Part shown: one piece after another, positions 9,446 to 20,889 of the stretch
How positions within the stretch are numbered: position 1 is the first letter of the stretch
How the letters are laid out: each line of letters opens with the position of its first letter
Source of the DNA: Candidatus Binatia bacterium
GTDB taxonomy: Bacteria > Desulfobacterota > Binatia > HRBIN30
NCBI GenBank assembly: GCA_038245295.1
Contig: JBBRSP010000017.1
Span: 1 to 64,000, forward strand
Direction: 5' to 3'
DNA: 64,000 nucleotides
Notes under the pieces: model-generated
Told to the model about the DNA's origin: nothing
Database searches by the model: none
What the model saw: only the letters and a program-made list of their open reading frames with translations
Program-made: the position numbers and the translations under genes

Positions 9446-11419
9446 TCACATCACGCGGATCGGCAGAACGATGCTCTGCACGCCGGCGAATTGCAGGCGG
9501 CGTTGCAGGGTCTGTGCCGCCTGGTTGTGCAGGATGCGGGTCAGCGCGGTCTCTTGTTGGAAGACGAGCTTTCCGGTGAACACCACGGCGCGCGGGAACT
9601 CACCTCCCAGGCCCGTACACATCGAGGTGAGATCCTCGATCGTGTCGGTGCCGAGGCAGTAGCGGTAGTCGGCCGCGAATCCCTGGCTCTGTGCGAATGC
9701 GGTGTAGCGCTTCAGTGTCTCGACAGTCGCTGCTTCGAGGTTGGCGAGCTCTTCCACTCCCTTGAAGCGGCTCGAATCGATGACTCCCATCGACACGAAA
9801 ACAAATTGCCGGAATTGCGATCCGAAGAGTTGCGGGACCTGCAGGAACGAGTGCATCCCGAGTCCATTGTATCCGGTTACCAACATGATTGCCGTCGGCG
9901 CCGCAGGATCAAGCGGTGATGGATCCTGCGGCGACTCGACGGCCGGAATCGCCTGCAGAATGTTGTCGAGCCGGTGCAGCGAGCCGCTGGCATAGTCGTA
10001 ATGTCCGCGGATCCACCAGCACAGGACGACCAACGCCGAGGTGATGAGAACGGTAACCCATCCACCTTCGCTGAACTTCAACGACACGGTGACCATGAGG
10101 ATGCCGGTGGTCAAAAGGAGGCCGATGCCATTGATCACCAAGCCGTGCTTCCAGTTGCTCTCCCGGCCGCGCACCTGCCACCAGTGTACGCACATTCCGA
10201 GCTGCGACAGGGAGAAGGTGAGGAACACGTTGATGCTGTACAAGACGATCAGCAGGCCGACGCGTCCACCGCTGTAGAGCAGAACCGCGAGGGCCGCCGC
10301 TCCCATCATCAGGGTGCCGTTCTGCGTCACCAGGCGGTCGCTCAGTTGATAGAAACGGTGTGGCACCCAGGAGTCGACCGCCATGCTGGCGAGGACGCGT
10401 GGGCCGTCGAGGAATCCGGTCTGTGCCGCGACGAACAACAGAGCGCCGGCCGAGAGCAGGGCGACGAACAGGAAAGCCTGGCCGAATGGTATTGAACCGA
10501 CTGTCCACTGTCCCATCAACTGATCGATGAGCACGGCGTTCAGCGTCCGCCCCGGCTGGGGATGGACGTCGAGCAGCATGTAGCCAACCAGGATGCCGCC
10601 GGCGGTGAAGGCCAGCGACGTTGCCATGTAGAGCATCGTGCGCTTGCCGGTTGCGGCGCGCGGCTCGCGCAGAATGGGCAGGCCGTTGCTGACTGCCTCG
10701 ATGCCGGTATAGGTGCCGGCACCCATGCTGTAGGAATGGAGAAAGATCCCGAGCAGGACGAAGAAGCCTTGCGCCCGAACACCTTCGCCGGTTTGGGTCG
10801 CCGTGTTCGCCAGCAATGTTGGGACGGTCGTTGCGTGGCTGAACAGTGCCACGATGATCACGATGGCGTGGGTTGCGAGGAAGCAGAGGAAGATGGGCAC
10901 CAGGAAGGTTACGGACTCGCGCACGCCGCGCAGGTTCAGCAAGATGAGCATCACCGTGCCGGCGATTGCCGCCGCCAGCTTGTAGTGCTGCATATGGATC
11001 GGCAAGAAGCTGAAGATCGCGTCGGCGCCGCTGGCGATCGATATGGCGATGGTCAGAACGTAGTCGACCACCAGGGCGCAGCCGGAAACAAGACCAGCAC
11101 GGGCGCCGAGAAGCTTGCTGGCGACGAGATAACCACCGCCGCCGGTCGGAAACAGCTCGATGATCTGTGAGTAACTCACCGAGATGATCAATACGGTGAG
11201 CGCCGTTGCCAGGACTAGATAAGGCGCCAGGAAGCGATCGGCGCCAAGCGCCAGGAAGGCTTCTTCCGGACCGTAACACGCGGAGCTCAGACCGTCGGCG
11301 ACGAGGCCGACCCAGGCAAGGAATGCGACCAGGGAAACTTGATGAAATACGTGTGGGTCGAGCGGGTTCTTCGGCGCACCGATAACCCATCGTTTCAACC
11401 GCGCCGCCTGCGCCGTCAT
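9446..11419 (-). CDS. APC-family permease (KimA-like K+/amino-acid transporter)
   Basis: ADGLSSACYGPEE, GGGGYLVAS, LVVDYVLTIAISIASG, TGIEAVSNG; about 12 TM segments plus a cytoplasmic C-terminal domain. Confidence 0.85.
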   Translation of the reverse strand: MTAQAARLKRWVIGAPKNPLDPHVFHQVSLVAFLAWVGLVADGLSSACYGPEEAFLALGADRFLAPYLVLATALTVLIISVSYSQIIELFPTGGGGYLVASKLLGARAGLVSGCALVVDYVLTIAISIASGADAIFSFLPIHMQHYKLAAAIAGTVMLILLNLRGVRESVTFLVPIFLCFLATHAIVIIVALFSHATTVPTLLANTATQTGEGVRAQGFFVLLGIFLHSYSMGAGTYTGIEAVSNGLPILREPRAATGKRTMLYMATSLAFTAGGILVGYMLLDVHPQPGRTLNAVLIDQLMGQWTVGSIPFGQAFLFVALLSAGALLFVAAQTGFLDGPRVLASMAVDSWVPHRFYQLSDRLVTQNGTLMMGAAALAVLLYSGGRVGLLIVLYSINVFLTFSLSQLGMCVHWWQVRGRESNWKHGLVINGIGLLLTTGILMVTVSLKFSEGGWVTVLITSALVVLCWWIRGHYDYASGSLHRLDNILQAIPAVESPQDPSPLDPAAPTAIMLVTGYNGLGMHSFLQVPQLFGSQFRQFVFVSMGVIDSSRFKGVEELANLEAATVETLKRYTAFAQSQGFAADYRYCLGTDTIEDLTSMCTGLGGEFPRAVVFTGKLVFQQETALTRILHNQAAQTLQRRLQFAGVQSIVLPIRVM

Positions 11420-11552
11420 GTCAAAGCTCCTTGTTCATAGGTGCTGGATTGGTCGGAAACGACCGGCAGGAAAGATCAATGGAAGACCCTGATGCTGCGT
11501 GTTCTCTGCGCCTTCGCGTCTCTGCGTGAGCTTCTGTGGAGTGCCATGAAGG

Positions 11553-12632
11553 CTACAGCGTTCCTTTGTCGGCGCTCTCCCTGGCCCGCCAGAAGAGCAT
11601 CTCGGCGCTCGCCTCGAAGTTGCGGAAGCGCTCGTCTTTCGTCTGGCCGACGTGGAAGCGATAATAGATCTGTTGCAGCACGATGGCGATCTTGAAGATG
11701 CCGAAGACGTAGTAGTAGGGGACGTGGGTCACATCGATGCCGTGACGCTTGCCGTAGCGTTCGACCGCTTGCTGGCGCGTCATGAAGCCCGGCACGTTCG
11801 ACGGCATGCCGACCATTTGAGTTCCGGGCGGCGCTTCACTGGCTTCGATCCATGCCGAGAGCAGCGTGCCGAGATCGGCAAACGGGTCGCCGATCGTGCA
11901 CATGTCCCAATCGAACACGGCGACGCAGCGTCCCGGATCGTTGGTATCGAGCATCATGTTGTCGAGGCGCCAATCATTGTGCAGTAGCGTCGCTTGCGGC
12001 GACGGGGGCAGATGATCGTGCAACCATTTGTGCATGTCGATGGCGATCTGCAGCTCTTTGGTCTTGGCACGTTCGAAGCGTCCCATCCAACCATCGATCT
12101 GGCGTGTCATGAAGCCTTCGGGCTTGCCCATCTTGTCGAGGCCGACGGAAGCCGGATCAACGGCGTGTAGATCGGCGAGCGCGTCGACCACCACTTCGCT
12201 CATCTTGCGGTTGGCGACCGGATCGTCGCCGCCGCCGTAGTGGGCCGGAATGGTGCGGCGCACGACGGTGCCGACGCGGCGCTCCATGACGAAGAATGGC
12301 GTGCCGATCAGGCTCGTGTCCTCGCAGAACACATAAGCGCGCGGTGCCAGCGGGTAACCTTTGTAGAGCACCGACAGGCAACGGAACTCGCGCCCCATAT
12401 CGTGTGCGCCAGGCGCGACAGGCCCAAGCGGCGGGCGCCGCAAGACATACTCCGTATCGCCGTAGCGCAGCAGATAGGTGAGGTTGGCGTGGCCGCCGGA
12501 GAACTGCACGACTTCCAACGCGCGATCGGCATGCGGCAACTTGTCGCGCAGGTAGTCGGCAACTTTCGCCTGATCGAAATTTTCGTCGGCGCGAATCGGA
12601 ATGATATCCGGCTGGTCGATGGTGTCCGCCAT
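11553..12632 (-). CDS. Phosphotransferase family protein (APH/ACAD10-like kinase)
   Basis: GGHANLTY, LRRPPLG, HNDWRLDN, FDWDM. Confidence 0.9.
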   Translation of the reverse strand: MADTIDQPDIIPIRADENFDQAKVADYLRDKLPHADRALEVVQFSGGHANLTYLLRYGDTEYVLRRPPLGPVAPGAHDMGREFRCLSVLYKGYPLAPRAYVFCEDTSLIGTPFFVMERRVGTVVRRTIPAHYGGGDDPVANRKMSEVVVDALADLHAVDPASVGLDKMGKPEGFMTRQIDGWMGRFERAKTKELQIAIDMHKWLHDHLPPSPQATLLHNDWRLDNMMLDTNDPGRCVAVFDWDMCTIGDPFADLGTLLSAWIEASEAPPGTQMVGMPSNVPGFMTRQQAVERYGKRHGIDVTHVPYYYVFGIFKIAIVLQQIYYRFHVGQTKDERFRNFEASAEMLFWRARESADKGTL

Positions 12633-12799
12633 GGCCGCCGAACCCTTGCCCTTTACCGATTGAGATTCAAGGACCCTTGACCGCAAACCTATCTAATCGC
12701 TGCAAGTAGGCAAGGCGAAGTTTCCCGGCCACGCTCGGTGCGGCCCTCTGCACCTTGCTTGCACCGCGTGATACATCTGCGTCGGAACGAGGAGAGGGA

Positions 12800-15700
12800 A
12801 TGCGGGGTCTTGCTAGAGTGTTGAGTCGAGTCTTGGCGGCCGTCACGATTGGGGCGTTGGTGTCGCCCGGCATCGCTGGGGCGTTTGTTACGTTCGAGAG
12901 CGGTCAAGTGCGGCCGTTGGCGCTCACCCCCGATGGGCAGACGTTACTTGCCGTCAACACGCCCGATGCGCGCCTCGAGGTATTCGCCGTCAACGGTGGC
13001 AACCTCACGGCGATTGCGTCGGTGCCGGTCGGACTCGAACCCGTCGCCGTCGCGGCTCGCAACAACTCCGAGGTCTGGGTCGTCAATCTGTTGTCCGACA
13101 GCATCAGCATCATTGACCTCGCCGCCACGCCGCCGCACGTCGTGCGCACGCTCCTCGTCGGCGACGAGCCGCGTGATGTGGTCTTTGCTGGGCCCACCGA
13201 TGACGCCGGCCACTTCACACGCGCCTTCATCACAACAGCCCGCCTCGGCCAGAATCTCCCAGCCGGCGTACCCTTCAATCTTACCACCCCCGGCACGCCA
13301 CGGGCCCTGCTGTACGAATTCAATACGACCAACCTCGGCACCGATCTCGGCGGCACTCCCGAGGCCATCCTCGAGCTGTTTGGCGATACGCCTCGCGCGC
13401 TGGCTGTCTCACCCGACGGGCAGTCGGTCTACGCCGCGGTGTTCCAGTCCGGCAATCGCACCACGACCGCCGTCGAAGGAGCGGTGTGCGATGGCGGCGC
13501 CGGCGCGCCCGCGTGTATGGGCGACGGCGTGCAGGTTGCCGGCGGCCTCAGCAACGGGATGATGCCGGGCGGACTTCCGGCTCCCAACGCCAACCTCGAC
13601 GGCGTCCACGCTCCCGAAGTTGGCTTGATCGTCAAACAGAACGCGACCAGTGGCATCTGGGAAGATGAGCTCGGACGCAATTGGAACAACGCCGTGCGCT
13701 TCGATCTGCCGGACCTCGACGTCTTTCGCATCGACGCTGTGGCCAATCCGCCGCATCAGGTCGATGCGTTTCCGCATGTCGGTACGATCCTGTTCAATAT
13801 GGTGGTCAACCCGGCGAACCAGAAACTGTACGTCAGCAACACCGAAGCACGCAACGAAGTCCGCTTCGAAGGCGCCGGTGATCATTCGACGACCGTGCGC
13901 GGCGATCTGCACGAAGCACGCATCACGGTGATCGATGGCAGTGCAGTCGAGCCGCGCCACCTGAACAAACACATCGCCGCCTTGCCGCTGGGCTATCGCA
14001 CCAAGCCGATGCCGGCGACGGTCAAGGACGCCTCCCTCTCGACACCGCTCGATATGGCGATCAGCAGTGACGGGACGCTGTATGTCTCGGCGTTCGGTTC
14101 GAGCAAGGTGGGTATCTTCAAGACAAGCGAGATCGACAGCGATTCGTTCACTCCAAGCGCGACGCAGCAGATCGAAGTGAGCGGCGGCGGACCAACCGGC
14201 CTGGCTCTGGATGAGGCCAACCACCGTCTATACGTGCTGACTCGGTTCGATGACGCCATCAAGGTGATCGATACGTCGAGACGCCAGGAAGTGGCGCAAC
14301 GTCGTCTGCACAATCCCGAGCCGGCGCGTGTGCTTGACGGTCGCCGCTTCCTTTATGATGCGCGCGCCACGTCGAGTAACGGCGAGGCATCGTGCGCAAC
14401 CTGCCACGTCTTTGCCGATTTCGACAGCTTGGCCTGGGATCTCGGCGACCCGGAAGGCGTCGTCAAACCGAACTTCAATCCTCTCGGCCCAACCGGAGCC
14501 AACGTTGCATTTCATCCGATGAAGGGTCCGATGACGACGCAGACCTTGCGCGGTATGCAGCACCAGGGGCCGATGCACTGGCGTGGTGACCGTACCGGCG
14601 CCGAGTCCGTCGGCGATGAGCGGGCGCGCGATCCCGAGCTTGCCTTCGAGGCATTCAACGTCGCCTTCGACTCGCTGCTCGGGCGCGACGAGGGCAAGAT
14701 TGCCGACGCCGACATGAAAGCCTTCGCGCAGTTCGCCCTGGAGATCATGCCGCCACCGAATCCGGTGCGCTCGTTGGACAACCAACTGACGGCGGCACAG
14801 GCGCGTGGTCGAACGACCTACTTCGGTCCGATCACCGACAAAGCGGCGAATTGCCGCAACTGCCACAGCTTGAATGCGTCGCTCGGATTCCTCGGCAGCA
14901 GCGGCACGACGACCTTCGACAACGAGACGCAGGAGTTCAAAGTTCCGCAGCTCAAGAACGCCTACCAGAAGGTTGGCATGTTCGGCACACCGAACACGCT
15001 CTTCTCGGATGTCCGGCCTGCCGATGCGCGGCACCAGGGTCCTCAGATCCGCGGCTTCGGGTTCTTGCACGATGGCAGCATGGCGACCATCTTCGACTTC
15101 CTCCACTCGCGTATCTTCACACTGACAGACGACGAGCGGCGTGATCTGGAGCAATATGTCCATGCCTTCGATACGACCTTCGCGCCGATTGTCGGCCAGC
15201 AGATCACTCTGACGGCCTCCAGCCCGGCAAGTGTCGGGGCGCGCATCGGCCTGCTCATCATGCGTGCCCGCACCACTTTCGCGCTGATTGATCAACCCGG
15301 AGCCAAAGAGTGCGACCTGGTCGCGAAGGTGGCGCTCGGGTCGGTGGAGCGTGGCTATCTGCTGAATCCAACGACGGGCGGATTCCGCAGCGATCGTGCC
15401 GCCGAGTCGGAGCTCAGCGATAGCCAACTGCGTGCACTTGCCGGTGTCGACGGGCAGGAGGTGACTTATACATGCGTGCCGCCGGGAGAGGGTGTGCGGC
15501 TCGCCCTTGATCGGGATCTCGACGGCTTGTTTGACGCGGATGAGGCCGACGCCGGTACAAATCCTGCCGACCCGAATGATCCGGTCCGGCCAACCCCGAC
15601 ACCGAGCCCAACGCCAACCCCGACTCCACAACCGCTGGATTGTGTCGGCGACTGCAACAAGGACGGGCGCGTGACTGTCGACGAGATCGTCCGCGGAGCC

Positions 15701-15826
15701 AACATCATCCTTGGCAATCGTTCGCTCGACTTCTGCCCGAGCCTCGATCTCGACGGTGATGAGCGTGTCGACGTCACCGACCTGATCAAAGCGATCAACG
15801 CGGCGGTTGAGGGTTGCCACCAATGA
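12800..15826 (+). CDS. Large secreted YVTN beta-propeller / di-heme cytochrome c protein with PT linker and dockerin-like C-terminus
   Basis: Signal peptide; propeller repeats ([25 protein letters not shown]); CATCH and CRNCH heme motifs; [39 protein letters not shown]. Confidence 0.85.
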   Translation: MRGLARVLSRVLAAVTIGALVSPGIAGAFVTFESGQVRPLALTPDGQTLLAVNTPDARLEVFAVNGGNLTAIASVPVGLEPVAVAARNNSEVWVVNLLSDSISIIDLAATPPHVVRTLLVGDEPRDVVFAGPTDDAGHFTRAFITTARLGQNLPAGVPFNLTTPGTPRALLYEFNTTNLGTDLGGTPEAILELFGDTPRALAVSPDGQSVYAAVFQSGNRTTTAVEGAVCDGGAGAPACMGDGVQVAGGLSNGMMPGGLPAPNANLDGVHAPEVGLIVKQNATSGIWEDELGRNWNNAVRFDLPDLDVFRIDAVANPPHQVDAFPHVGTILFNMVVNPANQKLYVSNTEARNEVRFEGAGDHSTTVRGDLHEARITVIDGSAVEPRHLNKHIAALPLGYRTKPMPATVKDASLSTPLDMAISSDGTLYVSAFGSSKVGIFKTSEIDSDSFTPSATQQIEVSGGGPTGLALDEANHRLYVLTRFDDAIKVIDTSRRQEVAQRRLHNPEPARVLDGRRFLYDARATSSNGEASCATCHVFADFDSLAWDLGDPEGVVKPNFNPLGPTGANVAFHPMKGPMTTQTLRGMQHQGPMHWRGDRTGAESVGDERARDPELAFEAFNVAFDSLLGRDEGKIADADMKAFAQFALEIMPPPNPVRSLDNQLTAAQARGRTTYFGPITDKAANCRNCHSLNASLGFLGSSGTTTFDNETQEFKVPQLKNAYQKVGMFGTPNTLFSDVRPADARHQGPQIRGFGFLHDGSMATIFDFLHSRIFTLTDDERRDLEQYVHAFDTTFAPIVGQQITLTASSPASVGARIGLLIMRARTTFALIDQPGAKECDLVAKVALGSVERGYLLNPTTGGFRSDRAAESELSDSQLRALAGVDGQEVTYTCVPPGEGVRLALDRDLDGLFDADEADAGTNPADPNDPVRPTPTPSPTPTPTPQPLDCVGDCNKDGRVTVDEIVRGANIILGNRSLDFCPSLDLDGDERVDVTDLIKAINAAVEGCHQ

Positions 15827-15899
15827 TCATTCCATTTCGTGCCCGTGCCCGACTCCGTCGGGCGGCAACGTATACAGACCCGGGCAAGGGCAAGGGTTA

Positions 15900-16883
15900 A
15901 TGGTCCCGTTTTCCATCTTGGATCTGGCTCCCATCACCCAGGGCAGCGATGCGGCGACGGCGTTGCATCAGAGCCGCGATCTGGCGCAGCACGCCGAACG
16001 TTGGGGGTTCCGGCGCTTCTGGCTTGCCGAGCATCACAGTATGCCGGGCATTGCCAGTGCGGCGACTGCCGTTGTCATCGGTTACGTCGCCGAGGGAACC
16101 TCAACGATCCGTGTCGGTGCCGGCGGCATCATGTTGCCCAATCATGCGCCGTTGGTGATCGCGGAACAGTTCGGAACGCTCGCGTCGCTGTATCCGGGTC
16201 GCATTGACCTTGGCCTTGGCCGCGCGCCTGGTTCCGATCACGTCACCGCGGCGGCGTTGCGGCGCACCCTGAACTCGGACCCCGAGCAGTTCCCTCAGGA
16301 TGTCCTCGAGCTGATGTCCTACTTCCTGCCCGCCGAGCCTGGTCAAGCCGTACGTGCGGTGCCCGGCGCCGGCGTCGATGTACCGTTGTGGATTCTCGGC
16401 TCAAGCCTCTTTGGTGCCCAGGTCGCCGCGGCCTTCGGCCTGCCATTCGCCTTTGCCTCGCACTTCGCGCCGGCGCAGATGGAGCAGGCCCTCGACCTGT
16501 ATCGCAGTCGCTTTCGCGCTTCGGCGCAGGTGAAGAGTCCATACGTAATGCTCGGCTTCAATGTGTTTGCGGCGGACACCGACGCCGAGGCGCGTCTCCT
16601 GGCGACCTCGATGCAACAATCCTTCGTCGCGTTACGCAGCGGCCGGCCAATCCCGTTGCCGCCGCCGCGCGAGGATTACGATCGTCAGCTGGGCGTTGCC
16701 GAGCGCGCCATCCTGCAAAGTGTGCAGGCTTGCTCGGCGATTGGGTCGCCGGCAACCGTGCGCCAGTCGCTTGCCAACTTCATCGCGCGCACCGGTGCCG
16801 ACGAGCTCATGATTGCCTCACACGTTTATGATCACCGGGCCCGACTGCGATCGTTTGAGATTGCCGCGCAGGCTAGGCTTTGA
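15900..16883 (+). CDS. LLM luciferase-family oxidoreductase (YhbW-like)
   Basis: [46 protein letters not shown]. Confidence 0.92.
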   Translation: MVPFSILDLAPITQGSDAATALHQSRDLAQHAERWGFRRFWLAEHHSMPGIASAATAVVIGYVAEGTSTIRVGAGGIMLPNHAPLVIAEQFGTLASLYPGRIDLGLGRAPGSDHVTAAALRRTLNSDPEQFPQDVLELMSYFLPAEPGQAVRAVPGAGVDVPLWILGSSLFGAQVAAAFGLPFAFASHFAPAQMEQALDLYRSRFRASAQVKSPYVMLGFNVFAADTDAEARLLATSMQQSFVALRSGRPIPLPPPREDYDRQLGVAERAILQSVQACSAIGSPATVRQSLANFIARTGADELMIASHVYDHRARLRSFEIAAQARL

Positions 16884-17400
16884 TCGACGCCTTCATCGCA
16901 TAGATGCGCTTGAGCTTGATTTGCAGCAGCACGGTCTGGCGCGCCTTGCCCGTGGCGCCCGGGCGTGTGTCGCGAAGGGAGTTGGGGACTTCGCTTGCCG
17001 TACCGTAAACGATCGCCGCGGCGCCGTTGGCTGCCCAGGTCGTAAACGACACGTTGGGGTTCTGGCGAATGTCGCGTAGTCGCACGGCGTCGGTATAGAT
17101 CGACGTGCGCAGTATGCCGTTGACGAACTCGGCATGGACCGGCGCCGAGTGCGGCTGTCTGCCCGGGCCGACGGTGGACATCGCTTTCAACCGTGCTTCG
17201 TTCCACATCATCACGAACTCACGCGCGTCGGGTTGCCGCTGCGGTTGCTCGAAGGTGTTGCGAATTGCCTGGCCGGATCTTGGCAGGCTGGCATCGAGCA
17301 CGCGCTGAATCTCGACAAAACACTCGGGTGGCCAGGTGCTCGGATCGCGTTCTTCGGGTGGCGCGCCGGCACGTGTTCCCGGCGCTGGTTTGTCACTCAT
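16873..17400 (-). CDS. Pyridoxamine 5'-phosphate oxidase-like (split-barrel) protein
   Basis: [15 protein letters not shown]...[22 protein letters not shown]. Confidence 0.7.
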   Translation of the reverse strand: MSDKPAPGTRAGAPPEERDPSTWPPECFVEIQRVLDASLPRSGQAIRNTFEQPQRQPDAREFVMMWNEARLKAMSTVGPGRQPHSAPVHAEFVNGILRTSIYTDAVRLRDIRQNPNVSFTTWAANGAAAIVYGTASEVPNSLRDTRPGATGKARQTVLLQIKLKRIYAMKASIKA

Positions 17401-17755
17401 TCCGTATTCCCTCTTGTTGCTGGGTTGCTGTTGGCGTGTTGTCACGGATCCATGCGAGATACCTCTCGGAGCCGTCAACGACCTCGACGGCGATGACCTC
17501 CGGGACATCATACGAGTGCAAGGCGCGTACGCGGAGCTCGAGAGCGGCGAACTTCGCACGTCGCGTCTTGATGATCAGCAGGTGCTCCCTGTCTTGCTGC
17601 ACCTTGCCCTGCCAACGGTAGATCGAGTGGATATTGGCGACGATGTTCACGCACGCAGCCAGTTGCTCGGCTACCAATGCCTCGGCCAGGCGAGTCGCCT
17701 CGGGCTCGGAAGCTGCGGTGACGAAGACGACAATCGCCTGGTCGCCGGCATCCAT
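17393..17755 (-). CDS. cutA: Divalent-cation tolerance protein CutA
   Basis: LVAEQLAACVN, SIYRWQG, LHSYDVPEVI. Confidence 0.93.
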   Translation of the reverse strand: MDAGDQAIVVFVTAASEPEATRLAEALVAEQLAACVNIVANIHSIYRWQGKVQQDREHLLIIKTRRAKFAALELRVRALHSYDVPEVIAVEVVDGSERYLAWIRDNTPTATQQQEGIRNE

Positions 17756-18825
17756 TAGCGCACCGCGCCTTCTCGCAGTTGTCGCCATTCGCTCATCAAG
17801 GCGCGGTAATCGATCTGCAAGGCGGCGGGCGGCTCGGCGGTGACGACCGGCTTGTGGCGCCAACGCTGCGCCAAGGCTCGTAGGCGTTTCTTGGCGCGCT
17901 GCCAGAAAGACGGCCGGGGGATCACGACGACGGGTGGCGCCGGCAGAAGCGCTGCGGCCATCAGCGATTCCCTGAGCACTTCGAGGCGGGGCTCGTCGAG
18001 TCGGACACGTCGCCGCAGGTCGTTCAAGGAGTTGGCCAGACGCGCCGGCGTATACGCCGACGCCTCGATAAGCTTTTGCGCCACGGCGGCGACGGCCGGC
18101 TCATCGAGAATTGATTCACTGAAAAGACATACCGCCGTCTGGAAGTAGTCGAAGGCGGGCACCAGCCGATCGCTGAAGCGGGCAAATTCGGTTGGCGCGG
18201 TGCGTCGCTCCAGGTTGATGTAGATGCGACGTACCGAGTCGACATGCTCGAGCTGCGCCGCCAGCTCACACGCTTCGCCCACGAGCTCTTCATCCACCTC
18301 CGCGGTGGTGAGGATTTCGCGCAGTTCATCGATCGACACGCGCCCGTTGATGACGTCGGCGTAGAGGGAGTAGATGACCGGATCGGACTCCCAATCATCG
18401 CCGAACATGATTTCTTCGCAGTCTGGAGGGAAGCTGGCGCGCTGCTTCAGCAGCTCGGTCAATTTGTAGCCGATCTGTTCGCGCAGATTGCGGAACTTGC
18501 CACGGCGAATGTTGCGCAGTTGGTTCTTGAAGATGATGCCGTCGACCTGCACGCCGTCGAGGGCGAGTTTGTCGCGGATGGCCTTGCCGATCTGCGGCGG
18601 GCTGGCGGAGATGAAGTAGATGCCGACCACCCGGCCCTGCGCCTCGGCGACGCGTCGCAAGCCGTGGATGAGCGGAATGACACCCGGGATCGTTACTTTG
18701 TCCTCCGGCTTCTCGAAGGGAATGCGCACCAACTCGCGGAGCGACTCGAACTCGGTCTGCAGGTACGTCTTGTCGAGATCCCAGCGGAAGACGATCGGCG
18801 TATGCGATTGCGTCAGGTTCTCCAT
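17755..18825 (-). CDS. HAD-fold phosphatase (App1/LNS2-like, possible phosphatidate phosphatase)
   Basis: RWDLDKTY (DxDxT), FISASP, K motif, FGDDWESD. Confidence 0.65.
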   Translation of the reverse strand: MENLTQSHTPIVFRWDLDKTYLQTEFESLRELVRIPFEKPEDKVTIPGVIPLIHGLRRVAEAQGRVVGIYFISASPPQIGKAIRDKLALDGVQVDGIIFKNQLRNIRRGKFRNLREQIGYKLTELLKQRASFPPDCEEIMFGDDWESDPVIYSLYADVINGRVSIDELREILTTAEVDEELVGEACELAAQLEHVDSVRRIYINLERRTAPTEFARFSDRLVPAFDYFQTAVCLFSESILDEPAVAAVAQKLIEASAYTPARLANSLNDLRRRVRLDEPRLEVLRESLMAAALLPAPPVVVIPRPSFWQRAKKRLRALAQRWRHKPVVTAEPPAALQIDYRALMSEWRQLREGAVR

Positions 18826-18826
18826 C

Positions 18827-19840
18827 TCACACCTGCTGCAGCGAGGCGGCGATTTCCGTCGTGACGCCATCACGCACAGCCTTGGCGGCGACCTTGATGC
18901 CGTTGGCAACCGCTTTGGCGGTCGACCGTCCGTGCGCCTTGATCAATAGATGCTCGAAGCCAAGAATCGGCGCGCCGCCATAGGCGGCATAGTCGGTGAG
19001 ATCGCGCAGTTTGCCGAAGCCGCTTTCGAGGGCGCGCAGGCCGAGCTTCCAACGCCAGTTCTCTTTGGCCGCCGTGTCGGCGAGGTCGACAATGAGCTCG
19101 GCAAGGCCTTCGAGCATCTTCAAGACAACGTTACCCAGCAGTCCTTCGCAGACGATTACGTCGGCCTTGCCCTTGGCAAGGTCGTGCCCCTCGATGTTGC
19201 CGATGAAGTGGATACCGCTGGCGCTGGATAAACGGTGGTGCGCTTCCACCAGGGCCTCGCCGCCTTTGCTCGGCTCGGCGCCCATGTTGAGCAGGGCGAC
19301 ACGCGGGTTGCCGACCTTGGAGACGCGACTTGCATAGGCGCTGCCCATCAAAGCGAATTGCACGAGCTCGGTTGCTTCGCAGCGAATCGTCGCGCCGACG
19401 TCGAGGAGGAGCGCCAGTTGGTCCTGGCCGGTGTATTCCGTCTGACGCGGATAGACACTCGCCAATGCGGCACGGCGCACACCCGGCAACTTGCGAAAGT
19501 GTTCGGCGCAGGCCAGGACCGCGGCCCCGGTGTTGCCGGCCGTCACCACGGCATCGGCCTGACCGCTGGCAACCAACGTGGTGGCTTCAAGGATCGAGGC
19601 CTTCGGTTTGGCGGTGATCGCCGCCTTCGGCTCTTCGGCCATGTCGATCCACTCGGGGGTGTGGTGCAGATGAATGCGCGCCGGATGGTATGAGATTGCG
19701 TGGAGGAGAGGTTGCAGGCGGGCTTCGTCGCCCACCAGGATCGTGTCGATATCGGTCTCGAGCGAGATCTGCGCGACGGCTCGAACAGTCTCTTCTGGGG
19801 CGAAGTCGCCGCCCATGGCGTCCACGGCAATCGTTGGCAC
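18827..19840 (-). CDS. plsX: Phosphate acyltransferase PlsX
   Basis: IAVDAMGGDFAP, AGNTGA, LLDVGA, FIGNIEG, YGGAPILG, IKAHGRS. Confidence 0.95.
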   Translation of the reverse strand: MPTIAVDAMGGDFAPEETVRAVAQISLETDIDTILVGDEARLQPLLHAISYHPARIHLHHTPEWIDMAEEPKAAITAKPKASILEATTLVASGQADAVVTAGNTGAAVLACAEHFRKLPGVRRAALASVYPRQTEYTGQDQLALLLDVGATIRCEATELVQFALMGSAYASRVSKVGNPRVALLNMGAEPSKGGEALVEAHHRLSSASGIHFIGNIEGHDLAKGKADVIVCEGLLGNVVLKMLEGLAELIVDLADTAAKENWRWKLGLRALESGFGKLRDLTDYAAYGGAPILGFEHLLIKAHGRSTAKAVANGIKVAAKAVRDGVTTEIAASLQQV

Positions 19841-19849
19841 TGCTGGCTC

Positions 19850-20098
19850 CTAGAATCCGAGGATCAATCGACGCCGCAAGCGGCCGGCGGTGACCCGATA
19901 CTTGAACGCTTTGCGACCGTTGACGAACAATACGGGGATCTCGGTGCCGAATTGCTCTTCGAGGCCGCGGTCTTGCGAGATATCGATCTCGTCGAGGCGA
20001 TAGTCGTGCCGCGTCGCTACAGGGAGCACGATTTGCTTCATTTCGTCGCAAAGGTGACATCCCGGGCGACTATAGATCGTCATCGTTCGTTGGCTCAT
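19850..20098 (-). CDS. Glutaredoxin-like protein (DUF836 type)
   Basis: YSRPGCHLCD, EIDI, IPVL. Confidence 0.88.
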   Translation of the reverse strand: MSQRTMTIYSRPGCHLCDEMKQIVLPVATRHDYRLDEIDISQDRGLEEQFGTEIPVLFVNGRKAFKYRVTAGRLRRRLILGF

Positions 20099-20153
20099 GC
20101 CTCAGTTCCAAGGGACCAAGATGACCGAAATGAGGCCCGAGGCCAACCCTCGG

Positions 20154-20182
20154 TTGACAAGTAAAACACCTTCTTCTAGTAC
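20154..20182 (+). promoter_or_regulatory. Housekeeping sigma70 promoter of rplU
   Basis: TTGACA-N17-TAGTAC about 30 nt upstream of the rplU start. Confidence 0.75.
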
Positions 20183-20211
20183 CGACCGCTCGCTCATTAG
20201 GAAGATATCAC

Positions 20212-20532
20212 ATGGAATACGCAGTCATTCGAACAGGCGGTAAGCAATACCGCGTCGCCCCGGGTGAAATTGTCCGGGTCGAAAAGTTGGACGCCGAGCC
20301 TGGCTCGGACGTCTCTTTTAATGAAGTGCTGATGACCGCCGCGGGCGGGTCCATCCAGGTCGGCCGTCCGACCGTGGCCGGGGCCAGCGTTACCGCGCGT
20401 GTTCTTCAGCAAGATCGCGCCAAGAAGATTCTCGTCTTCAAGAAAAAGCGGCGCAAGAACTACCGTCGCCACCAGGGCCACCGACAGTACTTCACGGATG
20501 TCCAGGTGACGGCGATCCAGGTCGGAGCCTAA
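20212..20532 (+). CDS. rplU: 50S ribosomal protein L21
   Basis: [30 protein letters not shown]. Confidence 0.98.
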   Translation: MEYAVIRTGGKQYRVAPGEIVRVEKLDAEPGSDVSFNEVLMTAAGGSIQVGRPTVAGASVTARVLQQDRAKKILVFKKKRRKNYRRHQGHRQYFTDVQVTAIQVGA

Positions 20533-20535
20533 GCC

Positions 20536-20790
20536 ATGGCACACAAAAAAGGGCAGGGAAGCACCAAGAACGGGCGCGATAGCGCCGGCAAGCGCCGCGG
20601 CGTCAAGATGTACGCCGGCCAGGTCGCCAGGGCCGGAAACATTCTCGTCCGCCAACTCGGCACGCTGATTCGTCCTGGCAAGAACGTCGGTATGGGGCGT
20701 GACTTCACCCTGTTCGCCAAGATCGACGGCGTGATCCGCTACGAACGCGTCGGCAAGGACCGCAAGCAGGTTCACGTCTTCCCGGCCTGA
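20536..20790 (+). CDS. rpmA: 50S ribosomal protein L27
   Basis: [31 protein letters not shown]. Confidence 0.98.
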   Translation: MAHKKGQGSTKNGRDSAGKRRGVKMYAGQVARAGNILVRQLGTLIRPGKNVGMGRDFTLFAKIDGVIRYERVGKDRKQVHVFPA

Positions 20791-20820
20791 GCCCGACGAT
20801 CAACAACAGTCGATTTCTTC

Positions 20821-20856
20821 AAAGCGCCGCGATGACCTCGCGGCGCTTTGCATTTC
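20821..20856 (+). terminator. Intrinsic terminator-like hairpin between rpmA and obgE
   Basis: AAAGCGCCGCGA-TGACC-TCGCGGCGCTTT followed by GCATTTT. Confidence 0.7.
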
Positions 20857-20889
20857 TGCCTCATCTCCCTTAGCTTCGCACGTGCGCTT

